Under the pieces are notes generated by a model. It did not search any database, was not told where the DNA came from, and worked only from the letters and a program-made list of their open reading frames with translations. Positions 34,312 through 44,180 of a stretch of DNA of 64,000 nucleotides are shown here, piece after piece (positions within the stretch are counted from its first letter, which is position 1; each line of letters starts with the position of its first letter). This DNA is from Promethearchaeota archaeon (GTDB lineage Archaea; Asgardarchaeota; Lokiarchaeia; Sigyniarchaeales; SOKP01), in NCBI GenBank assembly GCA_029838195.1, contig JALGVJ010000020.1, positions 1-64,000 on the forward strand. The letters are read 5' to 3'. A program made the translations under genes and the position numbers.

Positions 34312-34833
34312 TCATTTTCTATGAAAGTATTTAATTTCCGCATGAATGGTGGTACCAATCGTTAAAAGGGCGTAAGAAGTTGGCTCTCCAAACGTTCCCT
34401 CCTCCACGTATCCTTTTCCCGGATTTACTATTAAGATTCCATTTTTCGTTGTTATTTTAGCTTCATGAGTGTGTCCATAAAGGATTATATCAGGATTCAT
34501 TTTCTTCAATTTGAACAATACTCTTTTTTCCGTAGATTTCAAATCTCCTCCCTCAACTGGATGCGTGAAGCAGATCTTTTTTCTACGGATGGTTAGTTCA
34601 TTTATAGGAGGAAGACGCTCTCGAATGCTGAGCGGATCAGCATTTCCATGTACTCCTAAAAAATGATTTTTTTTCTCATTAGAAAGGAGAGAGACCAAGA
34701 ACGGAGAGATATAATCTCCCACGTGAACCACCCAATCGGCCCTTTTTATTGCTCTCATCATTTCCAAGGGCAAGGGTTCACATGCTCGCAAGTGAGTATC
34801 TCCCATGACGATGATATTTATTTCAGGAGACAT
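34312..34833 (-). CDS. YfcE/Vps29-like metallophosphoesterase
   Basis: GDTH, HVGD, HGNAD, YGHTH, NPG. Confidence 0.9.
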   Translation of the reverse strand: MSPEINIIVMGDTHLRACEPLPLEMMRAIKRADWVVHVGDYISPFLVSLLSNEKKNHFLGVHGNADPLSIRERLPPINELTIRRKKICFTHPVEGGDLKSTEKRVLFKLKKMNPDIILYGHTHEAKITTKNGILIVNPGKGYVEEGTFGEPTSYALLTIGTTIHAEIKYFHRK

Positions 34834-34974
34834 GACGTTAAAACGGCTCTTTGAGTTTAATACAATGTTGCTTGAATTGCAACAAAATTCTATAAGAATA
34901 AAATAACGTGAAAAAATTAAAATAAAGCGGTAAAAGTTTTTGGAATTGGAAAGTGGAGTTAAAAAAAAGCCTCA

Positions 34975-36003
34975 TTATTCGACCTTAACCACCCAACCAT
35001 ATTTATCTTCTTTTTCTAATCTTTGGATGCCCGTGAGGAGATCATATAATTTCACCGTGATTTCTCCCGGTTCTCTGTTATTAAACACGCGTTTTTTCTC
35101 ATTAAGCGTGATGGATGCAATAGGCGTGATGACCGCAGCAGTTCCCGTACAGAACGCCTCCGTACATCGATCCTCAAACACCTCTTCGTAAGAAATATCG
35201 CGCTCTTCGATGTCCATGCCAAGTTCTCTGGACGCCAATTCTAAAACAGATTTTCTCGTTATACCCGGCAGAATCGTGCCCGTTAACTTAGGTGTGGCTA
35301 ACTTCCCATCAATCACGGCAAAAAAATTTGCCGTGCCCACTTCATCAATGTATCTTTTATGAACTGCATCTAAATAAATGATTTGAGCAAACCCTTTCTC
35401 CTTTGTCTCCTTGGCAGGCTTCATCGTGCCCGCATAATTACAACACGTTTTAGCATATCCCGTGCCACCGGGGGCAGCTCTCGTATATTTTAAAGAGATC
35501 TCTAAATCAATGCCTTTAAATCCTTCGGGAAAATAGGGTCCCACCGGAACTGTAAAAATAATTAATTTATACTCCTTAGCGGGTGCCACCCCCAAAATGG
35601 GACCATTTCCAATAATGATCGGACGGATGTATAATGCACCCCCACTATCAGCTGGCGGCACGTATTGCTTATTCGCTTTTACCACTTGTTTAACGGCCTC
35701 TATGAACGTCTCCTCATCATATGATGGAATTAACATTCGCTCTGCACTTTCATTTAATCTCTTCGCATTCTCTCCGGGTCGAAATAAAACAATTTCCCCA
35801 TCCTTAGTTTTTAAGGCTTTCATGCCTTCAAAAATCCCTTGCCCATAATTTAATATGCAAGCCCCAGGAGAAATCTCAAAAGAACCAAAAGGAACTAATT
35901 TCCCTTCACTCCACGTCCCTTCTTTATAATCCACCACGTACATGGTCTCCGTTTCAATGAACTCAAACCCCAGATTATAAAAGTCAATATCTTCTGCTTT
36001 CAT
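34975..36003 (-). CDS. ilvE: Branched-chain amino acid aminotransferase
   Basis: NYGQGIFEGMKA, LYIRP, AK...NYA, ILPGITRKS, CTGTAAVITP. Confidence 0.95.
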   Translation of the reverse strand: MKAEDIDFYNLGFEFIETETMYVVDYKEGTWSEGKLVPFGSFEISPGACILNYGQGIFEGMKALKTKDGEIVLFRPGENAKRLNESAERMLIPSYDEETFIEAVKQVVKANKQYVPPADSGGALYIRPIIIGNGPILGVAPAKEYKLIIFTVPVGPYFPEGFKGIDLEISLKYTRAAPGGTGYAKTCCNYAGTMKPAKETKEKGFAQIIYLDAVHKRYIDEVGTANFFAVIDGKLATPKLTGTILPGITRKSVLELASRELGMDIEERDISYEEVFEDRCTEAFCTGTAAVITPIASITLNEKKRVFNNREPGEITVKLYDLLTGIQRLEKEDKYGWVVKVE

Positions 36004-36359
36004 TTTTCATGCTTTCCTTTTCTTTTTTAAAATGAAAATGAAACGATTGTAAAAAAATTTTTTTTAATTCAGGGAATTATTCTTAGCTTCTCCCATTTCT
36101 GAAAACCAAATTCTCCCACGACTCGCCTCTTAAAATGTCCAAAAACACCCTTCAAATAAAGCGTGACTTTCATTTTCATAAAATCATAAACTTATTATGA
36201 AATAACATGTATAATTACCATGATTCTCATGATTCACCATGACCCCTCAATGCCCATTGATAATATCTGGCCTTTCGATAATACCCATCAATTCACCAGC
36301 ACGAAAATGGAAAGGAACCAGAACTTTAAATATTGCACTGAATTGGCATTAAAAACCGA

Positions 36360-36435
36360 GCCAGAGTAGCTTAGCCTGGTTGAGCGTCAGCCTGCAGAGT
36401 TGATGACGGGAGTTCGAATCTCTCCTCTGGCTCCA
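36360..36435 (+). tRNA. tRNA-Cys(GCA), CCA encoded
   Basis: GCCAGAG/CTCTGGC acceptor, U73, CTGCAGA anticodon loop. Confidence 0.93.
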
Positions 36436-36674
36436 CTAATTATTCTATAAAAAATCTCACCCACCTCTAGATTATCTCACGGTAGATCAATTTTTAAGGC
36501 GATATAAATAGGATAGTGATTAATGATTTTTTTTACCGATTCTCCAAAAATGAATCTTCGATGCGATATAAATAAAATTAAATTACATAAATATTATTAT
36601 AATATTAAAAACGTACCATGAAATGATTGAATGGTGCTTTTGGATATAAAAAATAATTAATTCGAGAACATATC

Positions 36675-38417
36675 ATGGTTGAGGAATACGATTTTCTCTT
36701 TAAATGCATAGTCGTGGGCGATGGAGGCGTCGGAAAGACTGCACTAACAATAAGATTTTCCCAAGGATTTTTTGCTGAAGATTATAAAATGACTATTGGT
36801 GTTGATTTTAAGGTTAAAACAATTTCGGTATACGATCCAAATGGAAATCCGATTCGAGCTAAATTACAAATATGGGATACCGGCGGTCAAGAACGATTTG
36901 CGTCTATTCGTCCGATGTATTACCGAGGGGCATTAGGGGCCTTATTAATTTTTGATTTGACGTCCTATGAAAGTTTTGAGCACTTGCCAAGATGGATCGA
37001 AGAAATTCGGGCAAATACGAGTACTGAGATTCCTTTATTATTAGTAGGAAATAAAAGTGATTTGGAGGAATCAAGAGCGGTAAGTCCGGAAGAAATTAAT
37101 GAATTTACCCAAAAATTTAACTTGTTTTACATGGAAACTTCTGCAAAAACAGGAGCTGGGGTTGGAGATTGTTTTTATATCTTAGCATGCCTCATGATTG
37201 GTCAAGGCGTTCCCGAAAAATTAATTGCAGATAATACCGTCTTCAAACCGGGAGAAATTACAACCGTAGCGGCACCAAGAATACCGGAAGCCGACCTTTC
37301 CTACGCAGAGCCTTCTTTTGAGGAAGAATTTCAAGAAGAATCTCTTGTTCCAACTCCCGAAAAATTTGATGAATCTCCCTCTCTTGAGAACGAATCATTA
37401 GTTCCAGAACCTTTTCAAGAAATACCTTCTGAACCCCCCCTTTCTAACATGGAGGCAGAACCAAGCAATTCCCCGCCTGCTCCTCCTTCTATGGACGAAT
37501 CTACCCCGACTTTTACTAAAGCTCCTACTGAATCAATAATGCCTACTTCTTCACTTACACCTCCCCCTACCCTTCCATCTCCGGAATCAAAGATTGAACC
37601 CTATAAGGAAAGTCTTGCTCCAGCAGCATCTGGCTTAAAAGAAACAAGTGATTTTACACCCCTTCCTACTCTTCCAAAAACTTCAGAAGGAGAAAAATAT
37701 AAACCAAAAGTCATTCCATTTTCCCCTAAAACACCTACTCCCGTACCACCTCCTAAAGATTTCGTGAGACCCGTGGTAGAAGAGTCTCCGATGGAGGAAT
37801 CCAAAGAAAGGACTCCTTTTATTATACCTCCTTCTAAAAAAACAGAAGAAACACCTTCTTCCTCGTTGCCATTCATGAACAGGTCCGTACCTGTCGCAGA
37901 AGCTCCTTCTGAATCGAAAGAGAGAGAATCTCCCTTAGAATTCGCTTCATCAAAAGAAATTTCAAAAAAAGAAAAGAAAAAAAAGGCCAAGAAGAAAAAG
38001 AAAGAAGGAAAGGAGAAAAAAATGAAAGAAGAAATCCCAGAAAAGCCAGTGTTCTTTGATGCTATTGAAAGCACCATCAAACAAAAAGAAGTCCGAAAAC
38101 CTGATCTTTCAAAACCAAAAAGCTCACTATTCGAAACCTTGACTCAAAAATCCGAAAGCCCCATTCCAGAAAAACCATCCTTCTTTCAGGAAATTTCACG
38201 ACAAGCCACTACTCCGAAAAAAGAATTTAAATTAGAAGTCATACCTTCTCCGGAAGAACCGGGATTAACTCCTCCCCCAAGCCCGGCATCATCCTTTCCT
38301 TCCATGCAAGAAAGAAGAGAAAAACAACCGGAGGATATAGTAATTTGTAGCAATTGCGGTGCTATTCTATCAAGAGATTACATGTATTGCAATAAGTGTG
38401 GAAGTAAGTTAGGGTAA
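36675..38417 (+). CDS. Rab-like small GTPase with long Pro/Glu/Ser-rich tail and C-terminal Zn ribbon
   Basis: G1 GDGGVGKT, G3 WDTGGQE, G4 NKSD, G5 ETSAK; ends CSNC-x10-CNKC. Confidence 0.92.
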   Translation: MVEEYDFLFKCIVVGDGGVGKTALTIRFSQGFFAEDYKMTIGVDFKVKTISVYDPNGNPIRAKLQIWDTGGQERFASIRPMYYRGALGALLIFDLTSYESFEHLPRWIEEIRANTSTEIPLLLVGNKSDLEESRAVSPEEINEFTQKFNLFYMETSAKTGAGVGDCFYILACLMIGQGVPEKLIADNTVFKPGEITTVAAPRIPEADLSYAEPSFEEEFQEESLVPTPEKFDESPSLENESLVPEPFQEIPSEPPLSNMEAEPSNSPPAPPSMDESTPTFTKAPTESIMPTSSLTPPPTLPSPESKIEPYKESLAPAASGLKETSDFTPLPTLPKTSEGEKYKPKVIPFSPKTPTPVPPPKDFVRPVVEESPMEESKERTPFIIPPSKKTEETPSSSLPFMNRSVPVAEAPSESKERESPLEFASSKEISKKEKKKKAKKKKKEGKEKKMKEEIPEKPVFFDAIESTIKQKEVRKPDLSKPKSSLFETLTQKSESPIPEKPSFFQEISRQATTPKKEFKLEVIPSPEEPGLTPPPSPASSFPSMQERREKQPEDIVICSNCGAILSRDYMYCNKCGSKLG

Positions 38418-38611
38418 TTTCTTCTTTAAAAGCATTAGTTTTTTCTAACTAAACCAAGTCTACCATTGTAATTATTAATATTTTCTTTTTTCAATAGCTT
38501 CTTTTCAATAGGAAGAAAAACATTCTTTTTTATTAAAATAAATTTATTTTTAGAACACGTGAATAAGGAGATCATGAATTAAAGTTTCTATTTAACAAAA
38601 TTTCAAAAAGA

Positions 38612-39289
38612 TTAGCCTTGTTTAAATCCGCAAATGGGGCATATGGACAACATTTTATTAATTTTTGAATTGCAATTCGGGCAGATTTTTAGCCCCAACT
38701 CTCCTTTTACTTTTGGTTTTGGAAATGATGAGTCCTCGCTCTCTGGTTTTTGAAAAAAAAGATCTCCTCGTAGAATGTCATTTTTGGCAAGTGTTGCCGG
38801 TGGTGATGCCGTAGTGGAGAATGGGGGAGATGGGGCTGATTTGCTGTCTGCTTCTCCTACCGTGTAGTAAAAATATTTATTATCGTTATTCTCGATTATT
38901 TTTTCTCCCGTTGATAGATGTACTTCAATGTAATAAATAATTACGGCTCCTAAGGGAACATCGGGTATCTCAGCGAGGTAATAATCTTCTTTGTTCAGCA
39001 TGACTACTTGGTACCACGACTTTCCTTGATCCACGCTGAAAATTAATTGTACTTTTTCAATAGAGGGCTCAAACTCTTCTTCCGAAATTTTTGCGATGAT
39101 TTTAATGTTCTTTTTAGGGATTTGTTTTTTCTTTTTCTCCTCTTCTAACAATGCCTCATCCCAAGGAGTATGGCAATAGGGGCAGCTAGTAAACCAATTA
39201 GGATATTCTTTTTGACACTTTGAACAGGTTTTGGTATAATAGCGAGCTGTTTTGATGCCCAAATCTCTCTTTTTCTTCTCTTTTACCAT
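38612..39289 (-). CDS. Double Zn-ribbon protein with central beta-rich domain
   Basis: CSKC..CPYC at the N-terminus and CPNC..CPIC at the C-terminus. Confidence 0.75.
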   Translation of the reverse strand: MVKEKKKRDLGIKTARYYTKTCSKCQKEYPNWFTSCPYCHTPWDEALLEEEKKKKQIPKKNIKIIAKISEEEFEPSIEKVQLIFSVDQGKSWYQVVMLNKEDYYLAEIPDVPLGAVIIYYIEVHLSTGEKIIENNDNKYFYYTVGEADSKSAPSPPFSTTASPPATLAKNDILRGDLFFQKPESEDSSFPKPKVKGELGLKICPNCNSKINKMLSICPICGFKQG

Positions 39290-39390
39290 GAATGATTCGG
39301 TGGCTTTACGATAAATAGTTATAAAATATTTAAGAAACTTAACTCTTAAATATTTATTAGTCCATGAGAAATTAAAGTTTTTGGAACATC

Positions 39391-39999
39391 ATGAAGGTCG
39401 ATCGAGAACACGTGAAAGCGATTTTAGAAGCCATTCATCTATTATTGGAACTCAAGGTGCTCATCAGGAATAATGTACCCAATTATGAATTTGATGATAA
39501 AGAGGCAAGAACCTTTTCCAAATTAATTTCTTCTCTACAAGAACTTCTTGAACCGCTTTTTCTGGCATATGGACGATTTGAAAATATGGAAAAAGAAAGA
39601 GAGGAAGCAAAGAAGGAGATTATCTTGAATCTGGAGGATTTCAAAACCACCCCAAATCTCATTCTCATCTCTTCAAACGCCGTGAAAAAAAAATTGAAGA
39701 AAATGGGGGTGGATCCCCGAAAATTAATTGCAACCGGAGGACCTTTCTTTTTTGAGGATTATAAAAAGATTAATCCGTCACTCACTCCTCAAGCGATCAA
39801 GAGCATTGAAAAAAAATGTCAAAACTTGATTAATCAACTAAAAAGGGAAAAATGGAAAAATAAAGATTTGATTTTCATTCAAGAAGAAAACAATCCCACG
39901 GACGCCTTAATTTTGGAAAGAATTCACGATATTTCTACTCTCATTGGAAAGGAAGTAAAAGTAATCAAGATAAAATCTTGGTCCTTACTTGATCAATGA
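39391..39999 (+). CDS. DUF2100-like protein
   Basis: KKKLKKMGVDPRKLIATGGP...DYKKINP. Confidence 0.7.
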   Translation: MKVDREHVKAILEAIHLLLELKVLIRNNVPNYEFDDKEARTFSKLISSLQELLEPLFLAYGRFENMEKEREEAKKEIILNLEDFKTTPNLILISSNAVKKKLKKMGVDPRKLIATGGPFFFEDYKKINPSLTPQAIKSIEKKCQNLINQLKREKWKNKDLIFIQEENNPTDALILERIHDISTLIGKEVKVIKIKSWSLLDQ

Positions 40000-40139
40000 A
40001 TAATAGAAAGATATCTTCTCATTCCTCTAAAAATTCTCTTTTATAAAATATTATTTAGATTCAAATGTTTTATTGATCCCTAATCTTTCCTAAAGTTATT
40101 ATAAAAAATGGTATTTGTTGAAAAAGCCGTAGATTTCGT

Positions 40140-40454
40140 TCAAATGAATCGATTTTTGTCTCTTTTATCATATTTTTTAATCACGTTGTTTAAATATGCC
40201 GTTAAATCGATTTTATAATGGTTAGCAAGACATATAATGGAAAACATTAAATCCGCTAATTCCTCTCCCAAAGAAGATGGGACTTCCGAGGCTTTTTTTG
40301 GCTTGAAACCTTCTAGATGATTAATTTCCCGAGCAATCTCTCCTAGTTCCTCCATGATTGACACAACCATGGAGAGAGGCGGCCAATATCCTCCATGGGA
40401 CGCGATCCACTCATCAATTTTCGCTTGAAATTCTTTTAGGGTTTTACAATTCAT
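40140..40454 (-). CDS. MazG-like nucleotide pyrophosphohydrolase
   Basis: YWPPL, EELGEIAREIN, EELAD, RDKNRF. Confidence 0.92.
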   Translation of the reverse strand: MNCKTLKEFQAKIDEWIASHGGYWPPLSMVVSIMEELGEIAREINHLEGFKPKKASEVPSSLGEELADLMFSIICLANHYKIDLTAYLNNVIKKYDKRDKNRFI

Positions 40455-40648
40455 TACATGTTAGTAAAAGGGTAAAATAAAATTATACCTAATGATTTTT
40501 GCTCCTCAAGAGGAGAGAGCCACTCAAGGACACCAATCTCCATGAAATTATTAATTCTCGTTTAATCATGATGATATTCTCAATATATTTATTGTAAAAA
40601 TGCCGACTTAAAAATGAAAAATCTTGGGAGAAATACATCGACTAAAGA

Positions 40649-41005
40649 TTAAAATTGATACACGGCCACCGTAAAAATCGCGAAAAGGCAAAAAATAAAT
40701 TCTCCTAGGATCCAATCTAAAAATAATTGACGGATAGCGAAAATATTGTTTTTCATTTTTGTTTCCAATCCAAAACATAAAGCACTGGACGTGCCCGTGA
40801 AAATGATGAATGAAAAAGAGATGGCATCCAATTTAAGTTCAATGAGCTCTAAAGCTGCATCAAAAAGCCCCCATGTGCCTAAAATGACTCCTACAATAAT
40901 TAAAAAAAACCATCCTGCAATCCGGACAATTTTTATTAAAGGAGGCTCCTCTTCTTCCACGTGTTTTTTTCGTGGTCTAAGTTTTTTTTTCTTTACTTTT
41001 GACAT
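40649..41005 (-). CDS. Hypothetical 3-TM membrane protein
   Basis: Basic N-terminus and three hydrophobic segments. Confidence 0.65.
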   Translation of the reverse strand: MSKVKKKKLRPRKKHVEEEEPPLIKIVRIAGWFFLIIVGVILGTWGLFDAALELIELKLDAISFSFIIFTGTSSALCFGLETKMKNNIFAIRQLFLDWILGEFIFCLFAIFTVAVYQF

Positions 41006-41258
41006 TTTTACAGCAATCTCCCATGTGAGTAATTAGAATATAAAAATTGAGCAGAAAACCGCTTGAATTTTTAACTTTTAACGCGAATTAATGTTATAAA
41101 ATATAACCTATAAATTTTTTTGATTTTACGAGTTTCTAATAAATAATGGGATACTTTTTATTTATATATCAGCGTGTTTATTAAATTTAAATATCTGAAA
41201 GTTTATTATATTATTAAAGAAGAATCTCAAAAAAAAGTTAGGAAAAGGTTAAACCTAG

Positions 41259-42467
41259 TTGACAACCATAAAAGATAAGAAAAAAAAAGAGGAAAGTAAA
41301 GACGAGGAATACTTGATCACCTATACTCGACACTTGGAAAAGCGATTAAGAAACTTGGAAACGGAAAAACAATTATTAGATGCTGAACGCCTACGATTAG
41401 AACAAGAATTGCATAGCTTGAGAAATGAAATAGATAGATTAAGAGAGCCCCCCTTAGTAACTGCCACGGTAATCGATGTTCTCGATGATGATGGAAGAGC
41501 CATCGTTAAAAGTTCCACCGGACCTAGTTTTGTGGTAAATACTAGCAGGAAAGTGAGAAATGAAAAACTTGACCCCGGCATGAGGGTGGCTTTAAATCAA
41601 AGAACCTTTGCCATCATGGAAGTGCTGCCCATGAAATTAGATCCCTTAGTAAAAGGAATGGAGCTCATCGATTCCGTACCAAATGTTTCTTACAATGATG
41701 TCGGAGGACTGGATGAACAATTACAAGAAGTCAGGGAAACTGTCGAACTACCCTTGAAACGACCTGATTTGTTTAAAAATATTGGAATTGAGCCTCCGAA
41801 AGGTGTTCTCTTACATGGTCCACCTGGTACGGGAAAAACCTTAGTCGCTAAAGCGGTTGCTCATGAAACCGATGCAACCTTCATTAGAATCATTGGCTCC
41901 GAATTAGTGCAAAAGTTCATCGGAGAAGGCGCACGTTTGGTTCGTGAAGTGTTTAATTTAGCAAAACAAAAAGCACCGACCATCCTTTTCATTGATGAAT
42001 TGGATGCCATCGGTTCTCAGCGGTTGCAAATTGCAACTTCGGGAGATCGAGAGGTTCAAAGAACCCTCATGCAACTGCTAAGTGAATTAGACGGCTTTGA
42101 ACAGCGGGGAGATGTAAAAATTATTGGCGCCACTAACCGAATTGATATTTTAGATCCTGCTTTATTAAGGCCTGGAAGATTTGACCGCATCATCGAATTT
42201 CCCATTCCTTCTGAAGAAGGACGAGAAGCGATCTTTAAAATTCATATGAGAAACTTGCGCATTGATGAGCGTGTAGATGTTAAAAAATTAGTAAGTCTTA
42301 CGGAAGGGGCAACGGGAGCCGATATTAAAGCTATCTGCGTCGAAGCGGGAATGTTTGCGATTCGAAAAGAAGCACAAGTTATTACTTTTGAAGACTTTGT
42401 TGACGCAGTGAATAAAGTCATGAAAAAAGCACGAGAAACACCTTTAGATTCAAAATTATATTCCTAA
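41259..42467 (+). CDS. pan: Proteasome-activating nucleotidase
   Basis: Coiled coil and [24 protein letters not shown]-terminal HbYX (LYS). Confidence 0.97.
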   Translation: MTTIKDKKKKEESKDEEYLITYTRHLEKRLRNLETEKQLLDAERLRLEQELHSLRNEIDRLREPPLVTATVIDVLDDDGRAIVKSSTGPSFVVNTSRKVRNEKLDPGMRVALNQRTFAIMEVLPMKLDPLVKGMELIDSVPNVSYNDVGGLDEQLQEVRETVELPLKRPDLFKNIGIEPPKGVLLHGPPGTGKTLVAKAVAHETDATFIRIIGSELVQKFIGEGARLVREVFNLAKQKAPTILFIDELDAIGSQRLQIATSGDREVQRTLMQLLSELDGFEQRGDVKIIGATNRIDILDPALLRPGRFDRIIEFPIPSEEGREAIFKIHMRNLRIDERVDVKKLVSLTEGATGADIKAICVEAGMFAIRKEAQVITFEDFVDAVNKVMKKARETPLDSKLYS

Positions 42468-42541
42468 ATATTCTTTTTCTTGTTGGTTTTTTTCCAAATC
42501 TTTTATATTATCACTAACTACTCCATGTAAGAGGGTATATC

Positions 42542-43027
42542 ATGGATTCCAATCATGTCCTTAATCTACGCAAGATTAAAGCAATTGCCGATTATCAATT
42601 TGGCCCCGTAATATCTAATCTCTTGTTGGATGATATGAAAAAGATTGAAATTGAACTATCAAAAAACACCAATAAAATTCGACATGTATTTTATGATGGA
42701 GAATTGTTTTTAAATTTACGCCCTCGAAATGGACTTTTTACCCTAACATTCCTTGCGGCCCAAAAAATAATCTATAATGTTCCTCCTCCTCGATTAAGAG
42801 TAGTCGTTCAAAACAATATCTCGAAATTCATTCAAAAAGGAAGAAACGTGTTTTGCAAGCATGTTGTCAATTTAGATACCACCTTGAGACCTCGTGATGA
42901 AACCATCGTGGTGAACGAAAATGATGAATTATTAGCTCTTGGAAGACTCAAACTGCCTATAACACACGTACTCTGGTTTAAACGAGGCATTGCCGTAGAT
43001 GTAAGAAAAGGAATTCTTTCAAGCTAA
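42542..43027 (+). CDS. PUA-domain protein (archaeosine TGT C-terminal-like)
   Basis: IADYQFG, GRNVFCKHV, LRPRDE, AVDVRKG. Confidence 0.88.
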   Translation: MDSNHVLNLRKIKAIADYQFGPVISNLLLDDMKKIEIELSKNTNKIRHVFYDGELFLNLRPRNGLFTLTFLAAQKIIYNVPPPRLRVVVQNNISKFIQKGRNVFCKHVVNLDTTLRPRDETIVVNENDELLALGRLKLPITHVLWFKRGIAVDVRKGILSS

Positions 43028-43088
43028 AAAAATTATATTCTTTAATTACTTTTATTCATTCAAGAATAATTATAAAATGGTGTAGATA

Positions 43089-43574
43089 ATGGTTAAATTA
43101 CCAAAAGAAATGCAAAAAAAAGAAAAAGCCCGACCAAGAAGACCTCAAAAAGTAGTGAAAAGAGAGGGTACCTCACAATTTAGTTCCAGACAAATGAGGC
43201 GTAAAATGAAACAACAAGGCATCGATCTGGAACAAATTGAAGCAGAACGAGTGATTATTGAACAACCGCATCAAACCTTAGTAATTGAAGAACCCGAAAT
43301 TGTATTGATGAAACAAGGGGGACAAGAAATTTATCAAATTATTGGGAATGCTGAACCAATGGAACCCGAGCAGGTCATTCCCTTACAAAAGGAAGAAGGG
43401 CTGGAAAGCAAGGGATCCCCAGAAGAAACCGAACTCAAACCCACCATTACAGAAGAAGATATCATGCTGGTAGCAGCTCAATCCAAGGTAGATAAAAAAG
43501 AAGCGGAAGCGGCTTTAATTGAAACGAATGGCGATATTGCAAAAGCGATTCTTCTTTTAAAAAATAGAATCTAA
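43089..43574 (+). CDS. nac: Nascent polypeptide-associated complex protein
   Basis: RQMRRKMKQQGI, YQIIG, UBA-like EEDIMLVA...GDIAKAILLL. Confidence 0.93.
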   Translation: MVKLPKEMQKKEKARPRRPQKVVKREGTSQFSSRQMRRKMKQQGIDLEQIEAERVIIEQPHQTLVIEEPEIVLMKQGGQEIYQIIGNAEPMEPEQVIPLQKEEGLESKGSPEETELKPTITEEDIMLVAAQSKVDKKEAEAALIETNGDIAKAILLLKNRI

Positions 43575-43647
43575 CTATAATAATAATTTATAATAAGAAT
43601 ATCTTTATTTAGTTTAATTCAAAAAAATAATTCCGATATTAATATTA

Positions 43648-44178
43648 ATGCCTTCAAAAAAATCATCTTACCATGAGGAATGTCCTGTCTGTGGTGGCTT
43701 GATTTGGGGAAAAGGTCAAAAAGTATTGGTAGAAGGAATAAAAATCACTATATGCCAAAATTGTGCTGAGAAAGCTAAGAAAATCATAAATACTCCCCGA
43801 ACAGTGCCATCAAGACCTCCTGTCAAGCCCAAAACAATCGTTAAAACAAAACCTCGATCCCGTAGCAGTCCACCTCCTGATGAACCCTCTATTGAAATCG
43901 TTTCGGATTTTGCCAAGAAAATCCATCACGCTCGCATGAAAAAAAATCTCAGTCAAGACAAGCTCGCTCAACAAATTCAAGAAAAAGTTTCTTTAATCCG
44001 TAGAATCGAAGCAGGAAAAATAGAGCCACCTCTAAAGATCGCAGGAAAATTAGAAAAAGTCTTGGGTATCAAGTTAATGAGAGAAACCACGGAAACGCCC
44101 GTTGATTATCGAAAATTCTTGAAAAAATCTAAAGGCACTAGCTTGGGAGATATCGCATTTATTAAGAAAAAAAAATAA
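43648..44178 (+). CDS. mbf1: Multiprotein bridging factor aMBF1
   Basis: N-terminal Zn ribbon, Cro-type HTH, TSLGD tail. Confidence 0.92.
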   Translation: MPSKKSSYHEECPVCGGLIWGKGQKVLVEGIKITICQNCAEKAKKIINTPRTVPSRPPVKPKTIVKTKPRSRSSPPPDEPSIEIVSDFAKKIHHARMKKNLSQDKLAQQIQEKVSLIRRIEAGKIEPPLKIAGKLEKVLGIKLMRETTETPVDYRKFLKKSKGTSLGDIAFIKKKK

Positions 44179-44180
44179 AC

